This document shows positions 42,501-57,544 of a stretch of DNA of 64,000 nt, piece after piece. How positions within the stretch are numbered: the stretch's first letter is position 1; each line of letters starts with the position of its first letter. The stretch lies in the NCBI RefSeq assembly GCF_009914755.1, contig NC_060933.1; one strand, written 5' to 3'. This DNA comes from the human T2T-CHM13v2.0 reference genome, Homo sapiens. The notes under the pieces were generated by a model, which worked only from the letters and a program-made list of their open reading frames with translations, ran no database searches and was not told the DNA's origin. The position numbers and the translations under genes are program-made.

Positions 42501-45500
42501 ATGGAATGGAATAGAATGGAATGGAATGGAATGGAATGGAATGGAATGGAATTAACCCGAATAGAATGGAATGGAATGGAACGGAATGGAACGGAAAGGA
42601 ATGGAATGGAATGGAATGGAATGGAATGGAATGGAATGGAATGGTATGGAATGGAATGGAATGGAATGGAATCAACGCGAGTGCAGGGGAATGTAATGGA
42701 AAGGAATGCAATGGAATGGAATCATCCGGAATGGAATGGAATGGAATGGAATCAACCCGAGTGCAATGGAATGGAGTGGAATGGAATGGAATGGAATGGA
42801 ACAACCCGAATGGAATGGAATGTAATGGAGAGTAAGGGAGTTGAATAGAATCAATCCGAATGTAATGGAATGGTATGGAACGGAATGGAATGGAATGGAA
42901 TGGAATGGAATGCGATGGAATGGAATCAACCCGAATACAATGGAATGGAATGGAATGGAATGGAATGGAATGGAATGGAATGGAATGGAGTGGAATTGAA
43001 TGGAATGGAATGGCTTCAAACCGAATGGAAGGGAAAGGAATGGAATCAACACGATTGGAATGGAATGGAATGGAATGGAATGGAATGGAATGGTACGGAA
43101 TAGAATGGAATTGAACGAAATAGAATGGAATGGAATGGAATGGAATGGAATGGAATGGAATGGAATGGATTCAACTCGAAAGGAATCAACTCGATTTCAA
43201 AGGAATGGAATGGAATGGAAAGGAATAGAATGGAATCAACCCGAGTGGCATGGAATGGAAAGGCCTGGAATGGAGTGGAATGGAATGGAATGGAATGGAA
43301 TCAAAGCGATTGGAATGGAATGGAATGGAATGGAATGGAATGGAATCAACTCGATTGCAATGGAATGGAATGGAATGGAATTTTAATGGAATGGAATGGA
43401 ATTAACACGAATAGAATGGAATGGAATGGAATGGAACGGAATGTAATGGAATGAAATGGAATGGAATCAACCCGAGTGCAGGGGAATGGAATGGAATGGA
43501 ATGCAATGGAATGCAATCATCCGGAATGGAATGGAATGGAATGGAATGGAATGGAATGGAATGGAATGGAATCAACTCGATTGCAATGGAGTGGAATGGA
43601 ATGGAAACGAATTGAAGGGAATGGAATGGAATGTAATCAACCCGAGTGCAGGGGAATGGAATGGAATGGAATGCAATGGAATGGAATCATCCGGAATGGA
43701 ATGGAATGGAATGGAATGCAATCAACCCAATGCAATGGAATGGAGTGGAATGGAATGGAATGGAATGGAATGGAAACATCCCGAATGGAATGGAATGTAA
43801 TGGAGTGTAAGGGAATTGAATAGAATCAATCCGAATGTAATGGAATGGAATGGAATGAAATGGAATGGAGTGGAATGGAATGGAATCAACCCGAGTGCAA
43901 TGGAATGGATTCGAATGGAATGGAATGGAATGGAATGGATTCAACAAGAATGGAATGGAAAGGAATGGAATCAACCCGAGTGTAATGGCATGGAATGGAA
44001 TGGAATGGAATGGAATGGGATAGAATGGAATTTTACGGAATAGAATGGAATGGAATGAAATGGAATGGAATGGAATTTAATGGAATGGAATGGAATGAAC
44101 CTGTGTGCAATGTAATGGAATGGAATGGAATGGAATGGATTCAACTCGAATGGAATCAACTCGATTGCAATGGAATGGAATGGAATGGAAAGGAATAGAA
44201 TGGAATCAACCCGAGTGGAATGGAATGGAAAGGACTGGAATGGAGTGGAATGGAATGGAATGGAATTAACCCGAATAGAATGGAATGGAATGGAACGGAA
44301 TGTAATGGAATGGAATGGAATGGATTCAACCCGAGTGCAGGGGAATGGAATGGAATGGAATGCAATGGAATGGAATCATCCGGAATGGAATGGAATTGAA
44401 TGGAATGGAATGGAATCAACTCGATTTCAATGGAATGGAATGGAATAGAATGGAATGGAATTAACACGAATAGAATGGAATGGAATTGAATGGAATGGAA
44501 TGGAACGGAAAGGAATGCAATGGAATGGAATGGAATCAACCCAAGTGCAGGGGAATGGAATGGAATGGAATTCAATGGAATGGAATCATCCGGAATGGAA
44601 TGGAATGGAATGGAATGGAATGGAATGGAATGGAATGGAATGGAATCAACCCGAGTGCGATGGAATGGAGAGGAATGGAATGGAATGGAATGGAAACTAC
44701 CCGAATGGAATGGAATGTAATGGAGTGTAAGGGAATTGAATAGAATCAATCCGAAAGTAATGGAATGGAACGGAACGGAATGGAATGCAATGGAATGGAA
44801 TCAACCCGAGTGCAATCGAATGGAATCGAATGGAATGGAATGCAATTGAATGGATTCAACTTGAATGGAATGGAAAGAATGGAATCAACACGAGTGGAAT
44901 GGCATGGAATGGAATGGAATGGATTGAAATAAACCCGAGTACAGGGGAATGGAATGGAATGGAATGCAATTTAATGGAATAATCCGTAATGTAATGGAAA
45001 GGAATGGAATGGAATGGAATGGAATGGAATGGAATGGAATGGAATGGAATCAACTCGATTGTAATGGATTGGAATGGAATGGAATGGAATGGAATGGAAT
45101 GGAATGGAATGGAATTAACCCGAATACAATGGAATGGAATGGAATGGAACGGAATGGAGTGGAATGGAATGGAATCAACCCGAGTGCAGGGGAATGGAAT
45201 GGAATGGAATGCAATGGAATGGAATCATCCGGAATGGAATGGAATGGAATGGAATGCAAAGCAATGGAATCAACTCGATTGCAATGGAATGGAATGGAAT
45301 GGAAAGGAATACAATGGAATCAACCCGAGTGGAATGGAATGGAAAGGACTGGAATGGAGTGGAATGGAATGGAATGGAATGGAATGGAATCAACTCGATT
45401 GGAATGGAATGGAATGGAATGGAATGGAATGGAATGGAATTAACCCGAATAGAATGGAATGGAATGGAACGGAACGGAACGGAACGGAATGGAATGGAAT

Positions 45501-45919
45501 AGAATGGAATGGAATAGAATGGAATCAACCCGACTGCAGGGGAATGGAATGGAATGGAATGCAATGTAATGGATTCAACTTGAATGGAATGGAAAGAATG
45601 GAATCAACACGATTGGAATGGCATGGATTGGAATGGAATGGAATGGAATCAACCCGAGTACAGGGGAATGGAATGGAATGGAATGCAATGGAATGGAATC
45701 ATCTGTAATGGAATGGAAAGGAATGGAATGGAATGGAATGGAACGGAATGGAATGGAATGGAATGGAATCAACTCGATTTCAATCGAATGGAATGGAATG
45801 GAATTAACCCGAATAGAATGGAATGGAATGGAATGGAACGGAATGGAACGGAATGGAATGGAATGGAATGGAATGGAACGGAAAGGAATGGAATGGAATG
45901 GAATGGAATGGAATGGAAT

Positions 45920-48900
45920 GGAATTGAATCAACGCGAGTGCAGGGGAATGGAATGGAATCGAACGGAATGGAATGGAATGGAATGGAATCAACCCGAGTG
46001 CAGGGGAATGTAATGGAACGGAATGCAATGGAATGGAATCATCCGGAATGGAATGGAATGGAATGGAATGGAATCAACCCGAGTGCAATGAAATGGAGTG
46101 GAATGGAATGGAATGGAATGGAACAACCCGAATGGAATGGAATGTAATGGAGAGTAAGGGAGTTGAAAAGAATCAATCCGAAAGTAATGGAATGGAATGG
46201 AACGGAATGGAATGGCATGGAAAGGAATGGAATGGAATGGAATGGAATCAACCCGAGTGCAATGGAATGGAGAGGAATGGAATGGAATGGAATGGAATGG
46301 AATGGAATGGAATGGAACTGAAAAGAATAAACCCGAGTGCAGGGGAATGGAATGGAATGGAATGCAATGGAATGGAATCTTCCGGAATGGAATGGAATGG
46401 AATGGAATGGAATGCAATGGATTCAACTCGATTGCAATGGAATGGTATAGAATGGAATGGAATGGAATGGAATGGAATTAACCAGAATAGAATGGAATGG
46501 AATGGAATGGAATGGAATGGAATGGAAAGAATGGAATGGAATCAACCCGAGTGCAATGGAATGGAGAGGAATGGAATGGAATGGAAACTACCCGAATGGA
46601 ATGGAATGTAATGGAGTGTAAGGGAATTGAATACAATCAATCCGAATGGAATGGAATGGAATGGAACGGAATGTAATGGAATGGAATGGAATGGAATCAA
46701 CCCGAGTGCAGGGGAATGGAATGGAACGGAATGCAATGGAATGGAATCATCCGGAATGGAATGGAATGGAATGCAATGGAATGGAATGGAATGGAATCAA
46801 CCCGAGTGCAATGGAATGGAGTGAAATGGAATGGAATGGAATGGAAACAACCAGAATGGATTGGAATATAATGGAGTGTAAGGGAATTGAATAGCATCAA
46901 TCTGAATGTAATGAAATGGAATGGAACGGAATGGAATGCAATGGAATGGAATGGAATGGAATGGAATGCAATGGAATGGAATCAACCCGAGTACAGGGGA
47001 ATGGAATGGAATGGAATGCAATGGAATGGAATGGAATGGAATGGAATGGAATGGAATGGAATGGAATCAACTCGATTGCAATCGAATGGAATGGAATGGA
47101 ATTAACACGAATAGAATGGAATGGAATGGAATGGAACGGAACGGAACGGAACGGAATGGAATGGAATGGAATGGAAAGGAATGGAACGGAAAGGAATGGA
47201 ATGGAACGGAATGGAATGGAATGGAATGGAACGGAACGGAATGGAATGGAATGGAATTGAATGGAATGGAATGGAATCAACCCAACTGCAGGGGAATGGA
47301 ATGGAATGGAATGCAATGGAATGGAATCATGCGGAACGGAATGCAATGGAATGGAATGGAATCAACACGAGTGCAATGGAATGGAATTGAATCAACACGA
47401 GTGCAATGGAATGGAGTGGAATGGAATGGAATGGAATGGAATGGAACTACCCGAATGGAATGTAATGTAATGGAGAGTAAGAGAGTTGAATAGAATCAAT
47501 CCGAAAGTAATGGAAAGGAATGGAAAGGAATGGATTGGAATGGAATGGAATGCAATGGAATGGAATCAAACCGAGTACAATGGATTGGAATGGAATGGAA
47601 TGGACTGGAATGGAATGGAATCAACACGAGTGCAATGGAATGGAGTGGAATGGAATGGAATGGAATGGAACAAAGCGAATGGAATGGAATGTAATGGAGA
47701 GTAAGGGAGTTGAATAGAAACAATCCGAATGTAATGGAATGGAACGGAATGGAATGGAATGGAATGGAATGGAATGGAATGGAATCAACGCGAGTGCAGG
47801 GGAATGGAATGGAATCGAACGGAATGGAATGGAATGGAATGGAATCAACCCGAGTGCAGGGGAATGTAATGGAACGGAATGCAATGGAATGGAATCATTC
47901 GGAATGGAATGGAATGGAATGGAATGGAATCAACCCGAGTGCAATGAAATGGAGTGGAATGGAATGGAATGGAATGGAACAACCCGAATGGAATGGAATG
48001 TAATGGAGAGTAAGGGAGTTGAAAAGAATCAATCCGAAAGTAATGGAATGGAATGGAAAGGAATGGAATGGCATGGAAAGGAATGGAATGGAATGGAATG
48101 GAATCAACCCGAGTGCAATGGAACGGAGAGTAATGGAATGGAATGGAATGGAATGGAATGGAATGGAATGGAATGGAATGGAATGGAACTGAAAAGAATA
48201 AACCCGAGTGCAGGGGAATGGAATGGAATGGAATGCAATGGAATGGAATCTTCCGGAATGGAATGGAATGGATTGGAATGGAATGCAATGGATTCAACTC
48301 GATTGCAATGGAATGGTATAGAATGGAATGGAATGGAATGGAATGGAATTAACCCGAATAGAATGGAATGGAATGGAATGGAACGGAACGGAACGGAATG
48401 GAACGGAATGGAACGGAATGGAATGGAATGGAATGGAATGGAATGGAATGGAATGGAATTGTATGGAATGGAATGGAATGGTACGGAATAGAATGGAATG
48501 GAAAGAATTGCAATGGAATGGAAACGAATGGAATGGAATGGAATGGAATGGAATCAACCCGAGTGTAGGGGAATGTAATGGAACGGAATGCAATGGAATG
48601 GAATCATCCGGAATGGAATGGAATGGATTGGAATGGAATGGAATGGAATGGAATGGACTGGAATGGAATGGAATCAACACGAGTGCAATGGAATGGAGTG
48701 GAATGGAATGGAATGGAATGGAACAAAGCGAATGGAATGGAATGTAATGGAGAGTAAGGGAGTTGAATAGAAACAATCCGAATGTAATGGAATGGAACGG
48801 AATGGAATGGAATGGAATGGAATGGAATGGAATGGAATGCAGTGGAAGAGAATCAACCCGAGTACAATGGAATGGAATGGAATGGAATGGAATGGAATGG

Positions 48901-49330
48901 AATGGAATGGAATGGAAAGAATGGAATGGAATCAACCCGAGTGCAATGGAATGGAGAGGAATGGAATGGAATGGATTGGAAACTACCCGAATGGAATGGA
49001 ATGTAATGGAGTGTAAGGGAATTGAATAGAATCAATCCAAATGGAATGGAATGGAATGGAACGGAATGTAAAGAATGGAATGGAATGGAATCAACGCGAG
49101 TGCAGGGGAATGGAATGGAATGGAATGCATCGGAATGGAATCATCCGGAATGGAATGGAATGGAATGCAATGGAATGGAATGGAATGGAATCAACCCGAG
49201 TGCCATGGAATGGAGTGAAATGGAATGGAATGGAATGGAAACAACCAGAATGGATTGGAATATAATGGAGTGTAAGTGAATTGAATAGAATCAATCTGAA
49301 TGTAATGAAATGGAATGGAACGGAATGGAA
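45920..49330 (-). repeat. Interleaved short duplications (offsets ~1.86, ~2.40, ~1.05 kb)
   Basis: 45920-46500 vs 47775-48370 (ORFs 45989/47845, 46039/47895; GGAACTGAAAAGAATAAACCC); 46510-46930 vs 48900-49325; 47600-47760 vs 48655-48810 (CAAAGCGAAT, GAAACAATCC). Confidence 0.8.
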
Positions 49331-49779
49331 TGGAATGGAATGGAATGGAATGCAATGGAATGGAATCAACCCGACTGCAATCGAATGGAATCGAATGGAA
49401 TGGAATGCAATGTAATGGATTCAACTTGAATGGAATGGAAAGAATGGAATCAACACGAGTGGAATGGCATGAATTGGAATGGAATGGAATGGAATCAACC
49501 CGAGTACAGGGGAATGGAATGGAATGGAATGCAATGGAATGGAATCATCCGTAATGGAATGGAAAGGAATGGAATGGAATGGAATGGAATGGGATGGAAT
49601 GGAATCAACTCGATTGCAATCGAATGGAATGGAATGGAATTAACCCGAATAGAATGGAATGGAATGGAATGGAACGGAACGGAACGGAACGGAACGGAAC
49701 GGAATGGAATGGAATGGAATGGAATGGAACGGAAAGGAATGGAATGGAATGGAATGGAATGGAATGGAATGGAATGGAA

Positions 49780-52700
49780 TCAACCCGACTGCAGGGGAAT
49801 GGAATGGAATGGAATGCAAAGGAATGGATTCAACTTGAATGGAATGGAAAGAATGGAATCAACACGAGTGGAATGGCATGGATTGGAATGGAATGGAATG
49901 GAATCAACCCGAGTACAGGGGAATGGAATGGAATGGAATGCAATGGAATGGAATCATCCGTAATGGAATGGAAAGGAATGGAATGGAATGGAATGGAATG
50001 GAATGGAATGGAATGGAATCAACTCGGTTCCAATCGAATGGAATGGAAAGGAAATAACCCGAATAGAATGGAATGGAATGGAATGGAACGGAACGGAACG
50101 GAACGGAACGGAACGGAATGGAATGGAATGGAATGGAATGGAATGGAATGCAATGGAATGGAATGGAATGGAATGGAATGAAATGCAATGGATTCAACTC
50201 GATTGAAATGGAATGGAATAGAATGGAATGGAATGGAATGGAATGGAATTAACCCGAATAGAATGGAATGGAATGTAATGGAATGGAACGGAATGGAACG
50301 GAATGGAATGGAATGGAATGGAATGGAATGGAATGGAATGGAATGGTATGGAATGGAATGGAATGGTACGGAATAGAATGGAATGGAAGGAATTGTAATG
50401 GAATGGAATTGAATGGAATGGAATGGAATGGAATGGAATGGAATCAACGCGAGTGCATGGCAATGTAATGGAACGGAATGCAATGGAATGGAAACATCCG
50501 GAATTGAATGGAATGGAATGGAATGGAATGGAATCAACCCGAGTGCAATGGAATGGAGTGGAATGGAATGGAATGCAATGGAACAACCCGAATGGAATGG
50601 AATGTAATGGAGAGTAAGGGAGTTGAATAGAATCAATCCGAATGTAATGGAATGGAATGTAACGGAATGGAATGGAATGGAATGCAATGGAATGGAATCA
50701 ACCCGAGTACAATGGAATGGAATGGAATGGAATAGAATGGAATGCAATGGAATGGTACGGAATAGAATGGAATGGAACGAAATGGAATGGAATGGAATGG
50801 AATAGAACGGAATGGAATTGAATGGAATGGAATGGAATTGAATCGTTCCGAGTGGAATAGGAGGGAATGTATTCGAGTGGAATGGAAAGGAATGGAATCA
50901 ACCAGAGTGGAATGGAAGGGAATGGAAAGGAATGGAAACTAATAGAATGGAATCAACCTGAGTGGAATGGAATGCAAAGGACTGGAATGGAATTGCATGG
51001 AATGGAATGGAATCAACTCGATTGTAATGGATTGGAATGGAATGGAATGGAATGGAATGGAATGGAATGGAATGGAATTAACCGGAATACAATGGAATGG
51101 AATGGAATGGAGTGGAATGGAATGGAATGGAATTAACCGGAATACAATGGAATGGAATGGAATGGAACGGATTGGAGTGGAATGGAATGGAATCAACCCG
51201 AGTGCAGGGGAATGGAATGTAATGGAATGCAATGGAATGAAATCATCCGGAATGGAATGGAATGGAATGGAATGCAAAGCAATGGAATGAACTCGATTGA
51301 AAAGGAATGGAATGGAATGGAAAGGAATACAATGGAATCAACCCGAGTGGAATGGAATGGAAAGGACTGGAATGGAGTGGAATGGAATAGAATGGAATGG
51401 AATGGAATCAACTCGATCGGAATGGAATGGAATGGAATGGAATGGAATGGAATGGAATGGAATTAACTCAAATAGAATGGAATGGAATGGAACGGAACGG
51501 AACGGAACGGAACGGAATGGAATGGAATGGAATGGAATTAACCCGAGTACAGGGGAATGGAATGGAATGGAATGCAATGGAATGGAATCATCCGTAATGG
51601 AATGGAAATGAATGGAATGGAATGGAATGGAATGGAATGGAATGGAATCAACCGGAATAGAATGGAATGGAATGGAATGGAACGGAACGGAACGGAATGC
51701 AACGGAATGGAATGGAATGGAACGGAAAGGAGTGGACTGGAATGGAATGGAATGGAATGGAATGGAATGGAATGGAATGGAATCAACTCGATTGCAATCG
51801 AATGGAATGGAATGGAATTAACCCGAATAGAATGGAATGGAATGGAATGGAACGGAACGGAACGGAATGCAATGGAATGGAATGGAATGGAACGGAAAGG
51901 AGTGGAATGGAATGGAATGGAATGGAATGGATTGGAATGGAATGGAACGGAATGGAATCAACGCGAGTGCAGGGGAATGGAATGGAATGGAATGGAATGG
52001 AATGGAATGGAATGGAATCAACCCGAGTGCAGGGGAATGTAATGGAACGGAATGCAATGGAATGGAATCATCCGGAATGGAATGGAATGGAATGGAATGG
52101 AATCAACCCGAGTGCAATGGAATGGAGTGGAATGGAATGGAATGGAATGGAACAACCCGAATGGAATGGAATGTAATGGAGAGTAAGGGAGTTGAAAAGA
52201 ATCAATCAGAAAGTAATGGAATGGAATGGAACGGAATGGAATGGAATGGAATGGAATGGAATGGAATGGAATGAAATGGAATCAACCCGAGTGCAATGGA
52301 ATGGAGAGGAATGGAATGGAATGGAATGGAAACTACCCGAATGGAATGGAATGTAATGGAGTGTAAGGGAATTGAATAGAATCAATCCGAATGTAATGGA
52401 ATGGAATGGAACGGAATGGAATGGAATGGAATGGAATGGAATGGAATGGAATGGAATGGAATCAACCCGACTGCAGGGTAATGGAATGGAATGGAATGCA
52501 ATGGAATGGATTCAACTTGAATGGAATGGAAAGAATTCAATCAACACGAGTGGAATCGCATGGAATGGAATGGAATGGAATGGAATGGAATCAACCCGAG
52601 TACAGGGGAATGGAATGGAATGGAATGCAATGGAATGGAATCATCCGTAATGGAATGGAAAGGAATGGAATGGAATGGAATGGAATGGAATGGAATGGAA

Positions 52701-54300
52701 TGGAATGGAATCAACTCGGTTCCAATCGAATGGAATGGAATGGAAATAACCCGAATAGAATGGAATGCAATGGAATGGAACGGAACGGAACGGAACGGAA
52801 TGGAATGGAATGGAATGGAATGGAATGGAACGGAAAGGAATGGAATGGAATGGAATGGAATGGAATGGAATGGAATGGAATGCAATGGAATGGAATGGAA
52901 TGGAATGGAATGAAATGCAATGGATTCAACTCGATTGAAATGGAATGGAATAGAATGGAATGGAATGGAATGGAATGGAATTAACCCGAATAGAATGGAA
53001 TGGAATGGAATGAAATGGAACGGAATGGAAAGGAAGGGAATGGAATGGAATGGAATGGAATGGTATGGAATGGAATGGAATGGTACGGAATAGAATGGAA
53101 TGGAAGGAATTGTAATGGAATGGAATTGAATGGAATGGAATGGAATGGAATGGAATCAACGCGAGTGCATGGCAATGTAATGGAACGGAATGCAATGGAA
53201 TGGAAACATCCGGAATGGAATGGAATGGAATGCAATGGAATGGAATCAACCCGAGTGCAATGGAATGGAGTGGAATGGAATGGAATGCAATGGAACAACC
53301 CGAATGGAATGGAATGTAATGGAGAGTAAGGGAGTTGAATAGAATCAATCCGAATGTAATGGAATGGAATGCAACGGAAAGGAATGGAATGGAATGCAAT
53401 GGAATGGAATCAACCCGAGTACAATGGAATGGAATGGAATGGAATGGAATGGAATGGAATTGAATGGAATGGAATGCCTTCATACCGAATGGAATGGAAA
53501 GGAATGGAATCAACACGAGTGGAATGGAATGGAATGGAATGGAATGGAATGGAATGCAATGGAATGGTACGGAATAGAATGGAATGGAACGAAATGGAAT
53601 GGAATGGAATGGAATAGAACGGAATGGAATTGAATGGAATGGAATGGAATGGAATCGTTCCGAGTGGAATAGGAGGGAATGTATTCGAGTGGAATGGAAA
53701 GGAATGGAATCAACCAGAGTGGAATGGAAGGGAATGGAAAGGAATGGAAACTAATCGAATGGAATCAACCTGAGTGGAATGGAATGCAAAGGATTGGAAT
53801 GGAATTGCATGGAATGGAATGGAATCAACTCGATTGTAATGGATTGGAATGGAATGGAATGGAATGGAATGGAATGGAATGGAATGGAATTAACCGGAAT
53901 ACAATGGAATGGAATGGAATGGAACGGAATGGAGTGGAATGGAATGGAATCAACCCGAGTGCAGGGGAATGGAATGTAATGGAATGCAATGGAATGGAAT
54001 CATCCGGAATGGAATGGAATGGAATGGAATGCAAAGCAATGGAATGAACTCCATTGAAATGGAATGGAATGGAATGGAAAGGAATACAATGGAATCAACC
54101 CGAGTGGAATGGAATGGAAAGGACTGGAATGGAGAGGAATGGAATGGAATGGAATGGAATGGAATCAACTCGATTGGAATGGAATGGAATGGAATGGAAT
54201 TAACTCGAATAGAATGGAATGGAATGGAACGGAACGGAACGGAACGGAATGGAATGGAATGGAATGGAATGGAATCAACCCGAGTACAGGGGAATGGAAT
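49780..54300 (-). repeat. Direct duplication at ~2.7-2.8-kb offset (~49780-51560 vs ~52460-54300)
   Basis: Private variants CTCGGTTCCAATCG (50023/52715), GAGTGCATGGCAATG (50451/53164), GGAAACATCCGG, CAACCTGAGTGG; ORFs 50698/53510 and 50867/53679 at offset 2812. Confidence 0.88.
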
Positions 54301-57300
54301 GAAATGGAATGCAATGGAATGGAGTCATCCGTAATGGAATGGAAAGGAATGGAATGGAATGGAATGGAATGGAATGGAATGGAATGGAATGGAATGGAAT
54401 GGAATCAACTCGATGGCAATCGAATGGAATGGAATGGAATTAACCCGAATAGAATGGAATGGAATGGAATGGAACGGAACGGAATGGAATGGAATGGAAT
54501 GGAATGGAATGGAACGGAACGGAATGGAATGGAATGGAATGGAATGGAATCAACGCGAGTGCAGGGGAATGGAATGGATTGGAATGTAATGGAATGGAAT
54601 CATCCGGAATGGAATGGAATGGAATGGAATGGAATGAAAGGCAATGGATTCAACTCGATTGCAATGGAATGGAATAGAATGGAATGGAATGGAATGGAAT
54701 GGAATGGAATTGAATGGAATGGAATGCCTTCAAACCGAATGGAATGGAAAGGAATGGAATCAACACGAGTGGAAAGGAATGGAATGGAAAGGAATGGAAT
54801 GGAATGGAATGGTACGGAATAGAATGGAATGGAACGAACTGGAATGGAATGGAATGGAATGGAATGGAATGGAATCGTTCCGAGTGGAATAGGAGGTAAT
54901 GTATTCGAGTGGAATGGAAAGGAATGGAATCAACCAGAGTGGAATGGAAGGGAATGGAATGGAATGGAAACTAATAGAACGGAATCAAGCCGAGTGGAAT
55001 GGAATGGAAAGGACTGGAATGGAATGGAATGGAATGGAATCAACTCGATTGTAATGGAATGGAATGGAATGGAATGGAATGGAATGGAATGGAATTAACC
55101 CGAATAAAATGGAATGGAATGGAATGGAAGGGAATGGAGTGGAATGGAATGGAATCAACCCGAGTGCAGGGGAATGGAATGGAATGGAATGCAATGGAAT
55201 GGAATCATCCGGAATGGAATGGAATGGAATGGAATGCAAAGCAATGGAATCAACTCGATTGCAATGGAATGGAATGGAATGGAGTGGAAAGGAATAGAAT
55301 GGAATCAACCCGAGTGTAATGGAATGGAAAGGACTGGAATGGAGTGGAATGGAATGGAATGGAATGGAATGGAATCAACTCGATTGGAATGGAATGGAAT
55401 AGAATGGAATGGAATGGAATGGAATGGAATTAACCCGAATAGAATGGAATGGAATGGAATTGAACGGAACGGAATGGAATGGAATGGAATGGAATGGAAT
55501 GGAATGGAGTCAACCTGACTGCAGGGGAATGGAATGGAATGGAATGGAATGAAATGGAATGGAATGGAATGGAATGGAATCATCCGGAACGGAATTGAAT
55601 TGAATGGAATGGAATCAACTCGATTGCAATGGAATGGAATGGAATGGAATGGAATGGAATGGAATGGAATTCACCCGAATAGAATGGAATGGAATGGAAT
55701 GGAAAGGAATGGAAGGGAAGGAAATGGAATGTAATCAACCCGAGTGCAGGGGAATGGAATGGAATGGAATGCGATGGAATGGAATCATCCGGAATGGAAT
55801 GGAATGGAATGGAATGGAATGGAATGGAATGGTATCAACCCGAGTGCAGGGGAATGTAATGGAACGGAATGCAATGGAATGGAATCATCCGAAATGGAAT
55901 GGAATGGAATGGAATGGAATGGAATCAACCCGAGTGCAATGGAATGGAGTGGAATGGAATGGAATGGAATGGCACAACCCGAATGGAATGGAATGTAATG
56001 GAGAGTAAGGGAGTTGAATAGAATCAATCCGAATGTAATGGAATGGAATGCAACGGAATGGAATGGAATGGAATGCAATGGAATGGAATGGAATGGAATG
56101 CAAAGGAATGGAATCAACCCGAGTGGAATGACATGGAATGGAATGCAATGGATTGGAATGGAATGGAATCAACTCGAGTGGAAAGGAATGGAATGGAATG
56201 GAATGGAAAGGAATGGAATGAAGTCAACTCGAGTGGAATGGAATGGAACGGAATGGATTGGAATGGATTGCAATGGAATGAAATGGAATGGAATGGAATG
56301 GAATCAATCATTCCGAGTAGAATGGAAGGGAATGTAATGGAGTGGAAAGAAGGGAATGGAATCAACTCGAGTGCAATGCAAGGCAATGGACTGGAATGGA
56401 AAGGAATGGAATGGAATCAACTCGATTGCAATGGAATGGAATGGAATGGTATGGAATGGAATGGAATTAATCGGAATAGAATGGAATGGAATGGAATGGA
56501 ATGGAAGGGAATGGAATCAACACGAGTGCAGGGGAATGGAATGGAATGGAATGCAATGGAATGGAATCATCCGGAATGGAATGGAATGGAATGGAATCAA
56601 CTCCATTGCAATGGAATGGAATGGAATGGAATGGAATAGAATGGAATGGAATTAACCCGAATAGAATGGAATGCAATAGAATGGAATGCAACGGAACCGA
56701 ATGGAGTGGAATGGAATGGAATGGAATCAACCCGAGTACAGGGGAATGGAATGGAATGGAATGCAATGGAATGGAGTCATCCGTAATGGAATGGAAAGGA
56801 ATGGAATGGAATGGAATGGAATGGAATGGAATGGATTCAACTCGATGGCAATCGAATGGAATGGAATGGAATAAACCCGAATAGAATGGAATGGAATGGA
56901 ATGGAACGGAACGGAATGGAATGGAATGGAATGGAATGGAATGGAACGGAACGGAATGGAATGGAATGGAATGGAATGGAATCAACGCGAGTGCAGGGGA
57001 ATGGAATGGAATGGAATGTAATGGAATGGAATCTTCCGGAATGGAATGGAATGGAATGGAATGGAATGAAAGGCAATGGATTAAACTCGATTGCAATGGA
57101 ATGGAAGAGAATGGAATGGAATGGAATGGAATGGAATGGAATGGAATGCCTTCAAACCGAAAGGAATGGAAAGGAATGGAATCAACACGAGTGGAAAGGA
57201 ATGGAATGGAAAGGAATGGAATGGAATGGAATGGTACGGAATAGAATGGAATGGAACGAACTGGAATGGAATGGAATGGAATGGAATGGAATGGAATGGA

Positions 57301-57544
57301 ATGGAATGGAATCGTTCCGAGTGCAATAGGAGGGAATGTATTCGAGTGGAATGGAAAGGAATGGAATCAACCAGAGTGGAATGGAAGGGAATGGAATGGA
57401 ATGGAAACTAATAGAATGGAATCAAACCGAGTGGAATGGAATGGAAAGGACTGGAATGGAATGGAATGGTATGGAATGGAATGGAATCAACTCGATTGTA
57501 ATGGAATGGAATGGAATGGAATGGAATGGAATGGAATGGAATTA

